Positions 16,916 to 25,387 are shown, numbered from the stretch's first letter. The stretch: 64,000 nucleotides of DNA from Candidatus Aminicenantes bacterium (GCA_963803915.1 CAWDOL010000015.1:140013-204012); one strand, 5' to 3'. The notes: generated from the sequence alone by a model not told the origin. Made by a program: numbers and translations.

Positions 16916-19525
16916 CTACTCGTAGCGCAGGGATTCGGTCGGCTTCTTGCGGGCGACGCGGGCCGTCTGCCATCCCGTCGTCAACAGGGCGACGGCCAGG
17001 GCTCCGGCGAGGACGATTAAATACATCCCCGCCGGAAGCCCGACCTTGTAGACGAAGTTCTTGAGCCAGCGGCCCATCGCGTACTGGGCCAGCGGGAAGG
17101 CGATCGCGGCCGAGGCCAGGACCAGGCCGATGAGTCGGCGGTTGAGAAGAACCATCAATCGGGACCACGACGCGCCCATGACCTTGCGGATGCCGACTTC
17201 CTTCGTCCGCTTTTCCACGGCGTAGGCCGTGAGACCCGCGACGCCGAGGCAGGCGATGAAAATCGTCAGGCCGGCGAAAACCCGGAAGATCCGCTCCATC
17301 CTCGTCTCGCGCCGATAGAGATCGTTGAACGCGTCGTCGAGGAAGAAGTAGTCGAAGGGTTGGCCCTTGGTCCGTCTTTCGAACGCCTCTCTCAGGACGC
17401 TCAGGGTTCGCGGCAGATCCCCCGGTTTGATGCGGACGATGATCTGGCTCCCGGCTTCATAGAGCAAAGCCAGGGGCTGGATGGTCTGATGGAAGGAGAG
17501 GAAATAAAAGTCTTTGACGACCCCCGCGACGCGCAGCTCCCGGCCCCGGCCAAGCAGCCCGTCGATTCGCTTGCCCAGGGGATTCTTCCAGCCGAGGGCC
17601 TTGACCGCCGTCTCGTTCAGCAGGACGCCCTGCTGGTTCTGGCCGACTCCGGGCGAGAAGTTGCGGCCTTGAATTAAGCCGATCCGAAAGAGATCCAGGA
17701 AGCGATCGTCGATCGAATCGAAATAGATGTCCATGGGAGTCGGGCTCCCGGTTTCCGACTCGAATCGGACCGCCGACATGAGGCCGCCGATCTGAAGGGG
17801 TAGGGCGCTCGATCGGGAAACGCCCAAGACCTCCGGACGGCCGAGAAAGTCGTTTTGAATCGCCTCGGCCGCGCCGGCGGTTTCCTTTTCCCGCACCGGG
17901 ATGACGATGACCTGCTCCCTGTCGTAGCCCAGGTTCTGGGACTTGATGTAAGTCATCTGCCGCCAGATGACGGACGTGGCCAGAGCCAGAAAGATGGCCG
18001 CGGAGAACTGGACGATCACCAGGGCGCTGCGGAGCTTCAGGCCCCGCCGTCCCTGGGGACGGAATTGGGACAGAGTCCCCAGCGGCCGCATGGAGGAGAG
18101 GACGGCGGCGGGGTAGAGGCCGGCCAGGATTCCGACGCCCAACGCCCCCAGGACGGCAGCCGACAGGAAGCCGGGATTCAGGATGCTTCCGATTTCGAGC
18201 CCGACGCCGGTCAAGGCTTGGAATTTCGGCCAGAAGACGCGGACAATGGCCAGGGCCAGGATCAGGGCGGCGATCGTCATGAACACCGACTCGGCGATAA
18301 ATTGCCGGAAGAGCGAGCGCCGGCTGGCGCCGGTCACTTGGCGAATGCCGATTTCCTTGGCCCGGGAGGCCGAGCGGGCGGTCGTCAGGTTGATGTAGTT
18401 GACGCAGGCGATCACGAGTAGGGCCAAGGCGATGGATGCGAAGAGAATGACGTAGTGGATCTCGTCGTTGGTTTCCTCCCCGCCATTGATCCGGGATCGC
18501 AAGTGGATATCCGTGAGGGGCTGCAGCGTCATCGCCAATCCCTTCCGGGGGTCGGCTTTGGCGTAGGAGCTGATCAGGGCGGGAAGCTTGGCCTCGACCT
18601 CGGCTCGGGAGCTCCCCTCCGCGAGCTTAACGTAGGTGAAGAAGTTGCGGACACGCCAGGTGTCAAACATATAGGCGTTCCCGGCATCGGCCCGCAGCGT
18701 CTCCAGGGAGACCAGAAAGCGGAACTGGAGGTGCGAAGGGGCCGGAATTCTCTTGAGAACGCCGGTGACCGTGAGGTCGGTCTGTCGGGATCCCCGTTTG
18801 AGCGACACCGGTTGGCCGATCGGGTCCGCGTCGCCGAAGAGCTTCGCGGCGAGGTCCTGCCCGAGGACGACGGACCCCGGCGCGGAGAGGGCCGTTTTCC
18901 GGTCGCCGCGAAGGAGGGGGAACGAAAACAGGTCCAGGAATCCGGCGTCGGCGTAGGTGCCTTCTTCCAGGAAGGACTTTTCCCCGCTGCTTAGGACCGC
19001 CGTTCTCCAGAAACGGTAGACGCGGGCGGTTTCGGCGATTTCGGGGATATTCGAGGCCAAGGCCGGCGCCAGGACCTCGGGTACGCCAGGGTCCAATTGA
19101 TCCGGTTCCAGCGCCGCCCGGCCGAGCACGCGGTAGATCCGTCCGGCGTCTTCGTGGAACCGGTCGAAGCTCAGCTCGAACCGGACGTAGGCGGCGATCA
19201 TGATCACGCCGGCCAGGCCGACGGCCAGCCCGGCCAAGTTGATCAGGGAGAACCATTTGTTCTTGCGGATGTTGCGATAGGAGATGAGGAGATAGTTTCT
19301 GATCATGGCGATGCTCCAGTAGAGTCGGTTGGAGAGGAAGCCGGGCGAGGATTTCAGGACCTGGGCCCAATACCAGGCCCGGGCGGCGGCGCGACCGCGG
19401 GTCCGGCCGATGTCCTCGAAGGCTTCCTGGAAATCCCCGAGGTGCGTGTGGAGGCCCTGGTCCGTGAAGAGAAGCTTCAGCAGCCGGCGGGCCGCGGCGG
19501 GCGGCCGGAGATCGGGCGTCTTCAT
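16916..19525 (-). CDS. ADOP-type duplicated MacB/FtsX-family ABC permease
   Basis: 869 aa. PadR-linked prefix region, then IRNYLLISYRNIRKNKWFSLINLAGLAVGLA, and two FtsX-like 4-TM modules separated by large periplasmic domains. Starts 2 nt after the padR stop. Confidence 0.85.
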   Translation of the reverse strand: MKTPDLRPPAAARRLLKLLFTDQGLHTHLGDFQEAFEDIGRTRGRAAARAWYWAQVLKSSPGFLSNRLYWSIAMIRNYLLISYRNIRKNKWFSLINLAGLAVGLAGVIMIAAYVRFELSFDRFHEDAGRIYRVLGRAALEPDQLDPGVPEVLAPALASNIPEIAETARVYRFWRTAVLSSGEKSFLEEGTYADAGFLDLFSFPLLRGDRKTALSAPGSVVLGQDLAAKLFGDADPIGQPVSLKRGSRQTDLTVTGVLKRIPAPSHLQFRFLVSLETLRADAGNAYMFDTWRVRNFFTYVKLAEGSSRAEVEAKLPALISSYAKADPRKGLAMTLQPLTDIHLRSRINGGEETNDEIHYVILFASIALALLVIACVNYINLTTARSASRAKEIGIRQVTGASRRSLFRQFIAESVFMTIAALILALAIVRVFWPKFQALTGVGLEIGSILNPGFLSAAVLGALGVGILAGLYPAAVLSSMRPLGTLSQFRPQGRRGLKLRSALVIVQFSAAIFLALATSVIWRQMTYIKSQNLGYDREQVIVIPVREKETAGAAEAIQNDFLGRPEVLGVSRSSALPLQIGGLMSAVRFESETGSPTPMDIYFDSIDDRFLDLFRIGLIQGRNFSPGVGQNQQGVLLNETAVKALGWKNPLGKRIDGLLGRGRELRVAGVVKDFYFLSFHQTIQPLALLYEAGSQIIVRIKPGDLPRTLSVLREAFERRTKGQPFDYFFLDDAFNDLYRRETRMERIFRVFAGLTIFIACLGVAGLTAYAVEKRTKEVGIRKVMGASWSRLMVLLNRRLIGLVLASAAIAFPLAQYAMGRWLKNFVYKVGLPAGMYLIVLAGALAVALLTTGWQTARVARKKPTESLRYE

Positions 19526-19527
19526 GC

Positions 19528-19860
19528 TCAGGCCTCGTCCGTCTCGGCGTCAGGGATAGGGGCGTCGGCCCACATGGCGGATTGGATCCTGTACATTTCG
19601 GCCAGCGCCATCTTCCCTTCGCGGGTCACGCGGTAGATCCGCTTGCTGCGGCCACCGCGCGTTTTCAGCGGTTCGCTCAACGTTGACCGCAGGAGCCCCT
19701 TCTTGTCCAAGCGGTCGAGCGGATCGAAAATGGAGCCGAAGGACCAGCGTTTGCCGGTCATGTTGTCCAGAAGCTCCCGGATGGGAACGCAGTAGGCGTT
19801 GTCTTTAAGCTTCCAGACGGCCAGCAGGACGAGCTCCTCGGATCGGGTTATGAGTCTCAT
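19528..19860 (-). CDS. PadR family transcriptional regulator
   Basis: 110 aa. Winged-helix pattern ELVLLAVWKLKDNAYCVPIRELL..GSIFDPLDRLDKKGLLRS..RIYRVTREGKMAL. Confidence 0.9.
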   Translation of the reverse strand: MRLITRSEELVLLAVWKLKDNAYCVPIRELLDNMTGKRWSFGSIFDPLDRLDKKGLLRSTLSEPLKTRGGRSKRIYRVTREGKMALAEMYRIQSAMWADAPIPDAETDEA

Positions 19861-19874
19861 GAGCGCCTCTCACG

Positions 19875-19890
19875 GAATAATACGTTATTC
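19875..19890. promoter_or_regulatory. Inverted repeat, candidate PadR operator
   Basis: GAATAA-TACG-TTATTC is a perfect 6-bp-arm palindrome 15-30 nt upstream of the padR start. It is followed by an AT-rich stretch (19905-19950). Confidence 0.3.
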
Positions 19891-20229
19891 GGAGGACATT
19901 TGTTTCAAGTATCGAAAAATATATATAAACATATTAATATAAACATGATAGTCTTTTTTTTGGGCCATGGCTTGGCTGGAGGGGCCATTTCGTTAATGGG
20001 ATAAAAGTCGGGATGGAGCCATATGACCATGGCCGACCATCGTTCCCCCCGACCAGCCCGACGATCGGGATCGCCTCGGTGCCGCCGGCGTGCTGTTTCC
20101 AAATACGGCTGATGGATGGGATAAAAGACGCGGCCTGGGCCATTATGGACTTGCCGCCATAGCAACATTCCCTAAGTGTCGTCCGTTGTTTATATTGTGA
20201 CTCGAAGCCTTCGGCCAAGGAGTTTCCCT

Positions 20230-20838
20230 ATGACCTGCGAAAAAAATCGTTTGCCGGCTTTTATCGCTGCCGGCCTGCTCGTTTTTTCCCTCTCTCTTCT
20301 TGCCCAGGAGTACAAGTGGGCGGAGATCGATGAGGAAGCTTTCGAGACGACCCAGCCCACCGAAAAAATAATGGATGTCATCGGCATCAAGGCCGGGATG
20401 TCCATCGGCGAGGTGGGGGCGGGAGGCGGGCGGGTCGCCGTCCGGGTCGCCCGCCGGGTCGGACCTGCCGGGTGGGTCTACGCCAACGACATCACCGAAT
20501 CGGCCCTGGCCTATATGCGGGAGCGCTGCCGGCGCGAGAATATTTCCAATATGGTTGTCGTGCAAGGGACGCTGACGGATCCCTGCCTGCCCGCAGGGAG
20601 GCTCGACATGGTCTATATGACCTTCACTTACCGCCATCTCGACAAGCCGGTCGAGGTGCTCAGGAACATCGCTCCCTCCCTAAAGCCCGGGGGAGTCCTG
20701 GCGGTGATCGATTCGAAGGGCTATAACCGGAAGCCCGAGAACAACGAGATCATCAAGAACGCCGGCCTGGCCGGGTACAAGCTGACCAAGCTGGAGACGT
20801 TTCTGCCGGAGGACGATATCTATCTGTTTGCCAGATAG
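20230..20838 (+). CDS. Class I SAM-dependent methyltransferase with N-terminal signal/anchor
   Basis: ATG at 20230. Hydrophobic N-terminus LPAFIAAGLLVFSLSLLAQ. SAM-binding motif I IGEVGAGGGRVAVRVA, then GWVYANDI and LKPGGVLAVID. Confidence 0.8.
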   Translation: MTCEKNRLPAFIAAGLLVFSLSLLAQEYKWAEIDEEAFETTQPTEKIMDVIGIKAGMSIGEVGAGGGRVAVRVARRVGPAGWVYANDITESALAYMRERCRRENISNMVVVQGTLTDPCLPAGRLDMVYMTFTYRHLDKPVEVLRNIAPSLKPGGVLAVIDSKGYNRKPENNEIIKNAGLAGYKLTKLETFLPEDDIYLFAR

Positions 20839-20928
20839 CCGTTTTTCCTGCGATCCGCGCTTGGAAGCCGCTGACGATTCGGGAGGATCGTTGTATAATC
20901 AACGCCTCGGAAGGAGGCGGCGTCTTCC

Positions 20929-22065
20929 ATGTTTATGGAAATATCCCTGCTCGTTTATCTCGTCGGCAACGTGTACCTCCTGCGGCGCGCCTGGAAGGCC
21001 CTGGCCGGGATCGGTATCTGGCGTCAGGTCATTCTGGCCGCGTACCTCATCTTCTCTTACAGCTATTTCCTGATGCATCGGCTGGAGGGAGGGACGCATA
21101 CGCAGTTCAAGGAGTTCATCTGTGCCTGCGGCTCCGTGTACATCGGCATGCTCCTCTATTTCGCGCTGTTCACGCTCATCGCCGACCTGATCCTTTTCAT
21201 CGACCGGCGCAAGGCGATCCTGCCGAAGTCCCTGCGGGCCGACCGGCGGAAGGCCGGGCATTGGGCCTTTGGGCTTGTCGTGGGCCTTACGTTCGTTCTT
21301 CTTCTGGGCGGCTCGATCTATGCCCGCCATGTCCGCGTCCATCCGATGGGCATCACGATCGAGAAGTCCGGCGGCGAGCTGAAGAGCCTGAACCTTGTCG
21401 CCCTGGCCGACATCCATGTCGGGCCGTTCCTGCGGGTGTCCCGGCTGGAGAAGATCATCGCCAAGGTCAATGCCCTCAACCCCGACGTCGTCCTCCTGCT
21501 GGGCGACATCATGAACGAGGAGACGATCGAGCCGGAGAGGGAGCGCTTGCCGGCGGCCTTGGCCGAAATCCGGGCCAAGTACGGCGTCTTCACCTGCTTC
21601 GGCCAGCACGAATACTTCCTCGGCAAGAATTACAGCCTGGCCCTTTTCAAGGCTGCCAATATCCGCGTCTTGGAGGACGAGGCCGTTCTGGTGGCGGATT
21701 CCTTTTATCTCGTCGGACGGAGCGGCCACGGCTATTTCTCCAATTCCCGGCGCCGTCCGCCGCTCGGGCATATCCTCAAGGATGCGGATATAAGGCGGCC
21801 GGTCATCTTGTTGGATCATACCCCGATCGGCCTGAGCGAAGCCGCCGATGCCGGCGTCGATCTGCAGCTATCGGGGCATACGCATGCCGGGCAAGTCTTC
21901 CCGGCCACCTTGGTCAACAGCTTTCTCTACGAGATCGGGAACGGCTACGGCCGGAGGGGAAAAACCCAGTACTACGTCTCGGCGGGTGTCGGCGTCTGGA
22001 GCCCGCCGGCCCGGATCGGGTCCACGGCCGAGATCGCCCAACTGAAGATCACGCTTGAAAAATAA
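20929..22065 (+). CDS. Membrane-anchored metallophosphoesterase (calcineurin-like)
   Basis: 378 aa with about 4 N-terminal TM helices. Motifs LADIHVG, LLGDIMNEE, GQHEY, LLDHTP and LSGHTHAGQ. Confidence 0.85.
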   Translation: MFMEISLLVYLVGNVYLLRRAWKALAGIGIWRQVILAAYLIFSYSYFLMHRLEGGTHTQFKEFICACGSVYIGMLLYFALFTLIADLILFIDRRKAILPKSLRADRRKAGHWAFGLVVGLTFVLLLGGSIYARHVRVHPMGITIEKSGGELKSLNLVALADIHVGPFLRVSRLEKIIAKVNALNPDVVLLLGDIMNEETIEPERERLPAALAEIRAKYGVFTCFGQHEYFLGKNYSLALFKAANIRVLEDEAVLVADSFYLVGRSGHGYFSNSRRRPPLGHILKDADIRRPVILLDHTPIGLSEAADAGVDLQLSGHTHAGQVFPATLVNSFLYEIGNGYGRRGKTQYYVSAGVGVWSPPARIGSTAEIAQLKITLEK

Positions 22066-22330
22066 GTTGGCCTAAACGCTCCCCTTAATCCGCCCGGAAG
22101 CCGGCGATCCCGGGAATGGTCTTCGGCCCCTTCTTCATGTCATTCATACGGGATCGGCTACTTCTTGTAGTCCGGGGGAAGGAAAAGCCGGTCGTCCAGG
22201 GGGTTCCCCCCGAAGCGGGGCCCCCTTCCCAATGTTCGCTTATGGTCAATCCCTCCGTTCCGCAAGGAGAGACGCCTACATGCAGTCCTCCCCGAGTCAT
22301 AAGGGAGGCGGGAAGGGTTGATAATATAAA

Positions 22331-22561
22331 TCAGCTCTCGATCCCTTTGTCGTTCACGGCTTTGACGGTCACGACCAGGGATTCGCCCTTCCTGAACTGA
22401 AAGCCCGACAGAGCTGCCAGCGGTTCCTTGACCGTGACCGTCGCGGCGCCGGGAGAGGAACCGGGCCCATAGGTCGCGATATAAGAGACGATTTCCTTCG
22501 CCGGGCTCGGTGACCAGGCTGCTTCGGCCGTCCCCTTTTCGTATATTTCGCAAATTGACAT
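22331..22561 (-). pseudogene. Terminal fibronectin-type-III-like domain, 5'-truncated gene fragment
   Basis: ..AAWSPSPAKEIVSYIATYGPG..VTVKEPLAALSGFQFRKGESLVVTVKAVNDKGIES* fits an Fn3 pattern (W.P....I.SY.I.Y....L.G...G....V.V.AVN..G.S). The frame closes exactly where repeat DR1 and the low-GC island begin. Confidence 0.4.
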
Positions 22562-22599
22562 TGCCGAGCCGCCGGAAGTATATTCCCGGTGTGGTCAAA
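22552..22599 (+). promoter_or_regulatory. Promoter-like direct repeat DR1 (TTGACA-N18-TATATT)
   Basis: AAATTGACA..TATATTCCCGG.GTGG.CAAA matches 25198-25245 at 39 of 48 positions. TTGACA is at 22555-22560 and TATATT at 22579-22584. Weaker similarity continues to about 22625. Confidence 0.35.
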
Positions 22600-22639
22600 C
22601 GGAGGGATTCATCGGTCGGTGCGGGAATTCGCCATGCCG

Positions 22640-22761
22640 TGGAAAAAACAAATTCCTATATTCAATATTCACCCGGCTGGGGTGATGTTTACTGGATTGA
22701 TGCGAAAATAATTGAGGAATTAAGAATTTCCATCGGTTCCGCTCAGGAACCAGGAAGTTAA
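22640..22761 (+). pseudogene. C-terminal fragment of a third PD40-propeller paralog
   Basis: ..QYSPGWGDVYWIDAKIIEELRIS.. compares with ..EPGNGRSDIFWVDAKIIEELKITN* and ..SPGNGNGDIYWIDARVIEELRMKN* of the next two genes. No N-terminal part is present. Confidence 0.5.
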
Positions 22762-22790
22762 GAATTCAGAGTTAAAAGAGGATGTGATAA

Positions 22791-23795
22791 ATGAAGAAAT
22801 TCTTTATCATTTTAACAATATTTGTAAATATAAATTCTTTTGTGTCTGCACAGGATTTGCCCGCACTTAAAGGGCCATATCTTGGTCAGAAACCGGCCGG
22901 ATTAATGCCGGAAATTTTTGCTCCCGGAATATTATCAACTATAGCTCATGAACACAGCAGTCCTGAATTCTCACCCGATGGAAAGGAAGTGTACTATTCC
23001 GTAATATTTCCGGGTGTACAGACTGAAGTAATAATGTTTCGGAAAATAATTGATGGGCAATGGTCAGAACCTGAAGTCGCTCCGTTTTCCGGGCAGCACA
23101 GAGATGGAAGTCCTGTTTACTCTAAGGATGGTTTAAAATTATTTTTCTATTCAATGAGGCCTTATCCGGGGACTTTGGAACCGGAACAAATGGATTTATG
23201 GTTTGTAGAGAAAAAACAAAACAGTTGGGGGAAACCACAACATTTGGGTGATTTGATAAATTCAAACAAAAAAGAGATGATGTTATCGATTGCAAAAAAC
23301 GGGAATCTGTATTTTACCGTGATAGAAAAGGGGAACCACATTTTATATAAATCTGTATATGCAGATGGGAAATATACGGCGGCTCAGAGCCTCGGGAAAT
23401 TTATCGGAGAAAATTTTGCCGAATGGTGTCCATTTATTGCTCCTGATGAAAGTTATCTGATTTTTTCTGCATATGAACTAAAAGGGGATGAGAATAACGA
23501 CCTTTATATTGCTTTTAGGAATCCGGATGGAAGCTGGAAAAAACCGATTAATATGGGACCTTCAATTAATTCTGAATTTCAGGAACAATTCCCTAAGGTC
23601 AGCCCGGATGGGAAATATCTCTTCTTTACAAGCAACAGGTTCAGGGTAGAAAGGAAAATCAATGAGGAATTCTTTTACAAAATGCCTCTTACATATAAGA
23701 AAATACAGGAAATTATGAACGAACCCGGGAACGGCAGAAGCGATATATTTTGGGTAGATGCGAAGATAATAGAGGAATTAAAAATTACGAATTGA
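22791..23795 (+). CDS. PD40/TolB-like beta-propeller repeat protein, secreted
   Basis: 334 aa with a signal peptide. PD40-type motifs SPDGKEVYYS, SKDGLKLFFYS, APDESYLIFSA and SPDGKYLFFTSNR. AT-rich codon usage. Confidence 0.7.
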   Translation: MKKFFIILTIFVNINSFVSAQDLPALKGPYLGQKPAGLMPEIFAPGILSTIAHEHSSPEFSPDGKEVYYSVIFPGVQTEVIMFRKIIDGQWSEPEVAPFSGQHRDGSPVYSKDGLKLFFYSMRPYPGTLEPEQMDLWFVEKKQNSWGKPQHLGDLINSNKKEMMLSIAKNGNLYFTVIEKGNHILYKSVYADGKYTAAQSLGKFIGENFAEWCPFIAPDESYLIFSAYELKGDENNDLYIAFRNPDGSWKKPINMGPSINSEFQEQFPKVSPDGKYLFFTSNRFRVERKINEEFFYKMPLTYKKIQEIMNEPGNGRSDIFWVDAKIIEELKITN

Positions 23796-23919
23796 GAGTC
23801 AGGAGTTAAGAGTAATATTTCAATATATTATTTTTCGGTTTTGCGTGCAGTATTTCTTTTTACCATAAAATCACGGAGAAAGCAAAGATAATTTAGATCA
23901 AGAGTTAGAAGAATAAGGT

Positions 23920-24915
23920 ATGGAAATGAAGAATTTAATAATCTTATTATTCAGTTTTGTTAATATTGGCATTTTTGTTAATGCACAAAATATTCCAATC
24001 CTTAAAGGTCCATATCTTGGTCAGAAACCGCCCGGAATGATACCGGAAATATTTGCTCCGGGTATAATATCGACCGGATATTATGAAAGAAGTATTGTCT
24101 TTTCCCCTACACTTGATGAAATATTTTATCAGTTAAGAGGTTTGAGATTTACGACATTTATTCTTACTTCGAAAATACAGAATGGAATATGGAAGCAGCC
24201 GGAAGTTGCATTATTTTCCGGATATCCTGAATATTGTGATGATTGTCCGTTTTTTAATTATGAAGGGAATACTTTGCTTTTTGTATCAAAGAGACCAATC
24301 CCCGGTACTCAGGTGATTCAAAAAGAATCGGATATTTGGTTTCTCAGGAAAGACAGTAATGGATGGGGACAACCGGAATATTCAGGGAGTATCTTGAATT
24401 CCTCAGGTGATGATGATTATCCGACAGTTTCAAAAATGAACAATATTTATTTTTGTTCAAACAGAGACGGTAATTATGACATTTATGTATCTGAATATTC
24501 AGAATCTGGATATTCTAAACCCGTTCGAATTAATGCTCCCATAAGCACTGAAAAATTTGAAGGACACCCTTTTATTGCTGCCGATGAAAGCTATCTTATC
24601 TTTTCTTCTGACCGCCCGGGTGAACTTGGACAGGCTGATTTATATATCAGCTTTAGAAAGAAGGATAATTCCTGGTCGGAACCTATAAACATGGGAGATA
24701 AAATTAACACTCCTTTTCACGAGGCAGCCCCTTACGTATCTCCCGATGGGAAATATTTATTCTTTTGCAGTTTCCGCCCAAATTATGGAGAGTATTATAG
24801 TAAGAAGTTGGAATATAATGATATAAAAAAACACTTAAATAGTCCAGGAAATGGAAACGGAGATATTTATTGGATTGATGCAAGAGTAATTGAAGAATTA
24901 AGAATGAAAAATTGA
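23920..24915 (+). CDS. PD40/TolB-like beta-propeller repeat protein, secreted (paralog)
   Basis: 331 aa, collinear with the previous gene (ILKGPYLGQKPPGMIPEIFAPGI.., AADESYLIFSSDR, SPDGKYLFFCS). The start could also be the ATG at 23926. Confidence 0.7.
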   Translation: MEMKNLIILLFSFVNIGIFVNAQNIPILKGPYLGQKPPGMIPEIFAPGIISTGYYERSIVFSPTLDEIFYQLRGLRFTTFILTSKIQNGIWKQPEVALFSGYPEYCDDCPFFNYEGNTLLFVSKRPIPGTQVIQKESDIWFLRKDSNGWGQPEYSGSILNSSGDDDYPTVSKMNNIYFCSNRDGNYDIYVSEYSESGYSKPVRINAPISTEKFEGHPFIAADESYLIFSSDRPGELGQADLYISFRKKDNSWSEPINMGDKINTPFHEAAPYVSPDGKYLFFCSFRPNYGEYYSKKLEYNDIKKHLNSPGNGNGDIYWIDARVIEELRMKN

Positions 24916-24983
24916 GAATAAAAGGTAAAAGAATGAAAATGTATATTCATAACTTTATGATTATTAAGGGAGATAAGGTGTGG

Positions 24984-25077
24984 CGGGAGGATGTAGGAAT
25001 CGAACCTACCCGGCCCCTTCGTCAGAAGCCGTGCCGGATTAAAGAGTCCGGAGGGCCAGCAGGCCCCATGCCCTCCC
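24984..25077 (-). pseudogene. Pseudo-tRNA-Sec (degenerate full-length copy of selC)
   Basis: 94 nt, collinear with selC at 53199-53292. The anticodon loop is 8 nt (CTCTTTAA instead of CTTCAAA, plus-strand 25039-25046). The D-stem 3' strand has lost a base (GGCCC vs GGCCCC). Confidence 0.7.
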
Positions 25078-25197
25078 GTTGAATTGGCAGTCGGCTAAAA
25101 ACCGATCGTATTCTATCCGGCAGGATGCTCCAAGCTAAAAGGGGGAGCGAGGTCATCGGAGAGATGACGGAAAGGGGTGTGAAGAATTAGCTGGCTG

Positions 25198-25245
25198 AAA
25201 TTGACACCGTCGAGCGGCAGGGATTATATTCCCGGCGTGGCCAAA
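25198..25245 (+). promoter_or_regulatory. Promoter-like direct repeat DR2 (TTGACA-N17/18-TATATT)
   Basis: Copy of DR1. TTGACA is at 25201-25206 and TATATT at 25225-25230. Lies upstream of a gene relic and esterase copy 1. Confidence 0.35.
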
Positions 25246-25261
25246 GGGGCATCGGCGTGAT

Positions 25262-25387
25262 GGAGTCTCCGGTGTTCAGTCCGGCGGGCGTTCGCACGGG
25301 CACGTTCTATCCGTCTGGCGCAAGGAATCGGACGGGAAGTGGCGTATCGTGTTCGACTCGGGCTGCCCGCCCTGTCAGGGGCAGTAG
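25262..25387 (+). pseudogene. Possible relic of a DUF4440/SnoaL-like gene 3' end
   Basis: Translation ..GHVLSVWRKESDGKWRIVFDSGCPPCQGQ* resembles the typical C-terminus (..VW.K..DGKW.I..D) of NTF2-like DUF4440 proteins. No credible N-terminal part. Confidence 0.25.

Larger units (their letters stand above)
22640..24975. other. Low-GC compositional island (tandem PD40 paralogs)
   Basis: Hand counts of three 60-nt samples give 25%, 30% and 37% GC, against roughly 62-67% in flanking genes. The transitions at about 22640 and 24975 are abrupt. No mobility gene is inside. Confidence 0.7.

Noticed and set aside
19950-20229. SAM/SAH riboswitch upstream of the SAM-dependent methyltransferase.
   Set aside because: The sequence does not show the conserved SAM-I/II or SAH core motifs I know. 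An Infernal scan would be needed to be sure.
22066-22330. Small ORFs 22085..22300 (-), 22116..22400 (+) and 22158..22598 (-) between the metallophosphoesterase and the Fn3 fragment.
   Set aside because: They overlap one another, lack an RBS, and have no recognisable motif. The region is probably non-coding or residual sequence.
24984-25077. Idea that the pseudo-tRNA-Sec with an 8-nt anticodon loop (potential 4-base anticodon CUUU reading AAAG) is a +1 frameshift suppressor rescuing the many +1 frame breaks.
   Set aside because: Only one break (~32697, AAG-AAA-G-TTC) has an AAAG context. The other breaks have heterogeneous contexts and four are -1. The D-stem is also damaged. This is a coincidence until shown otherwise.
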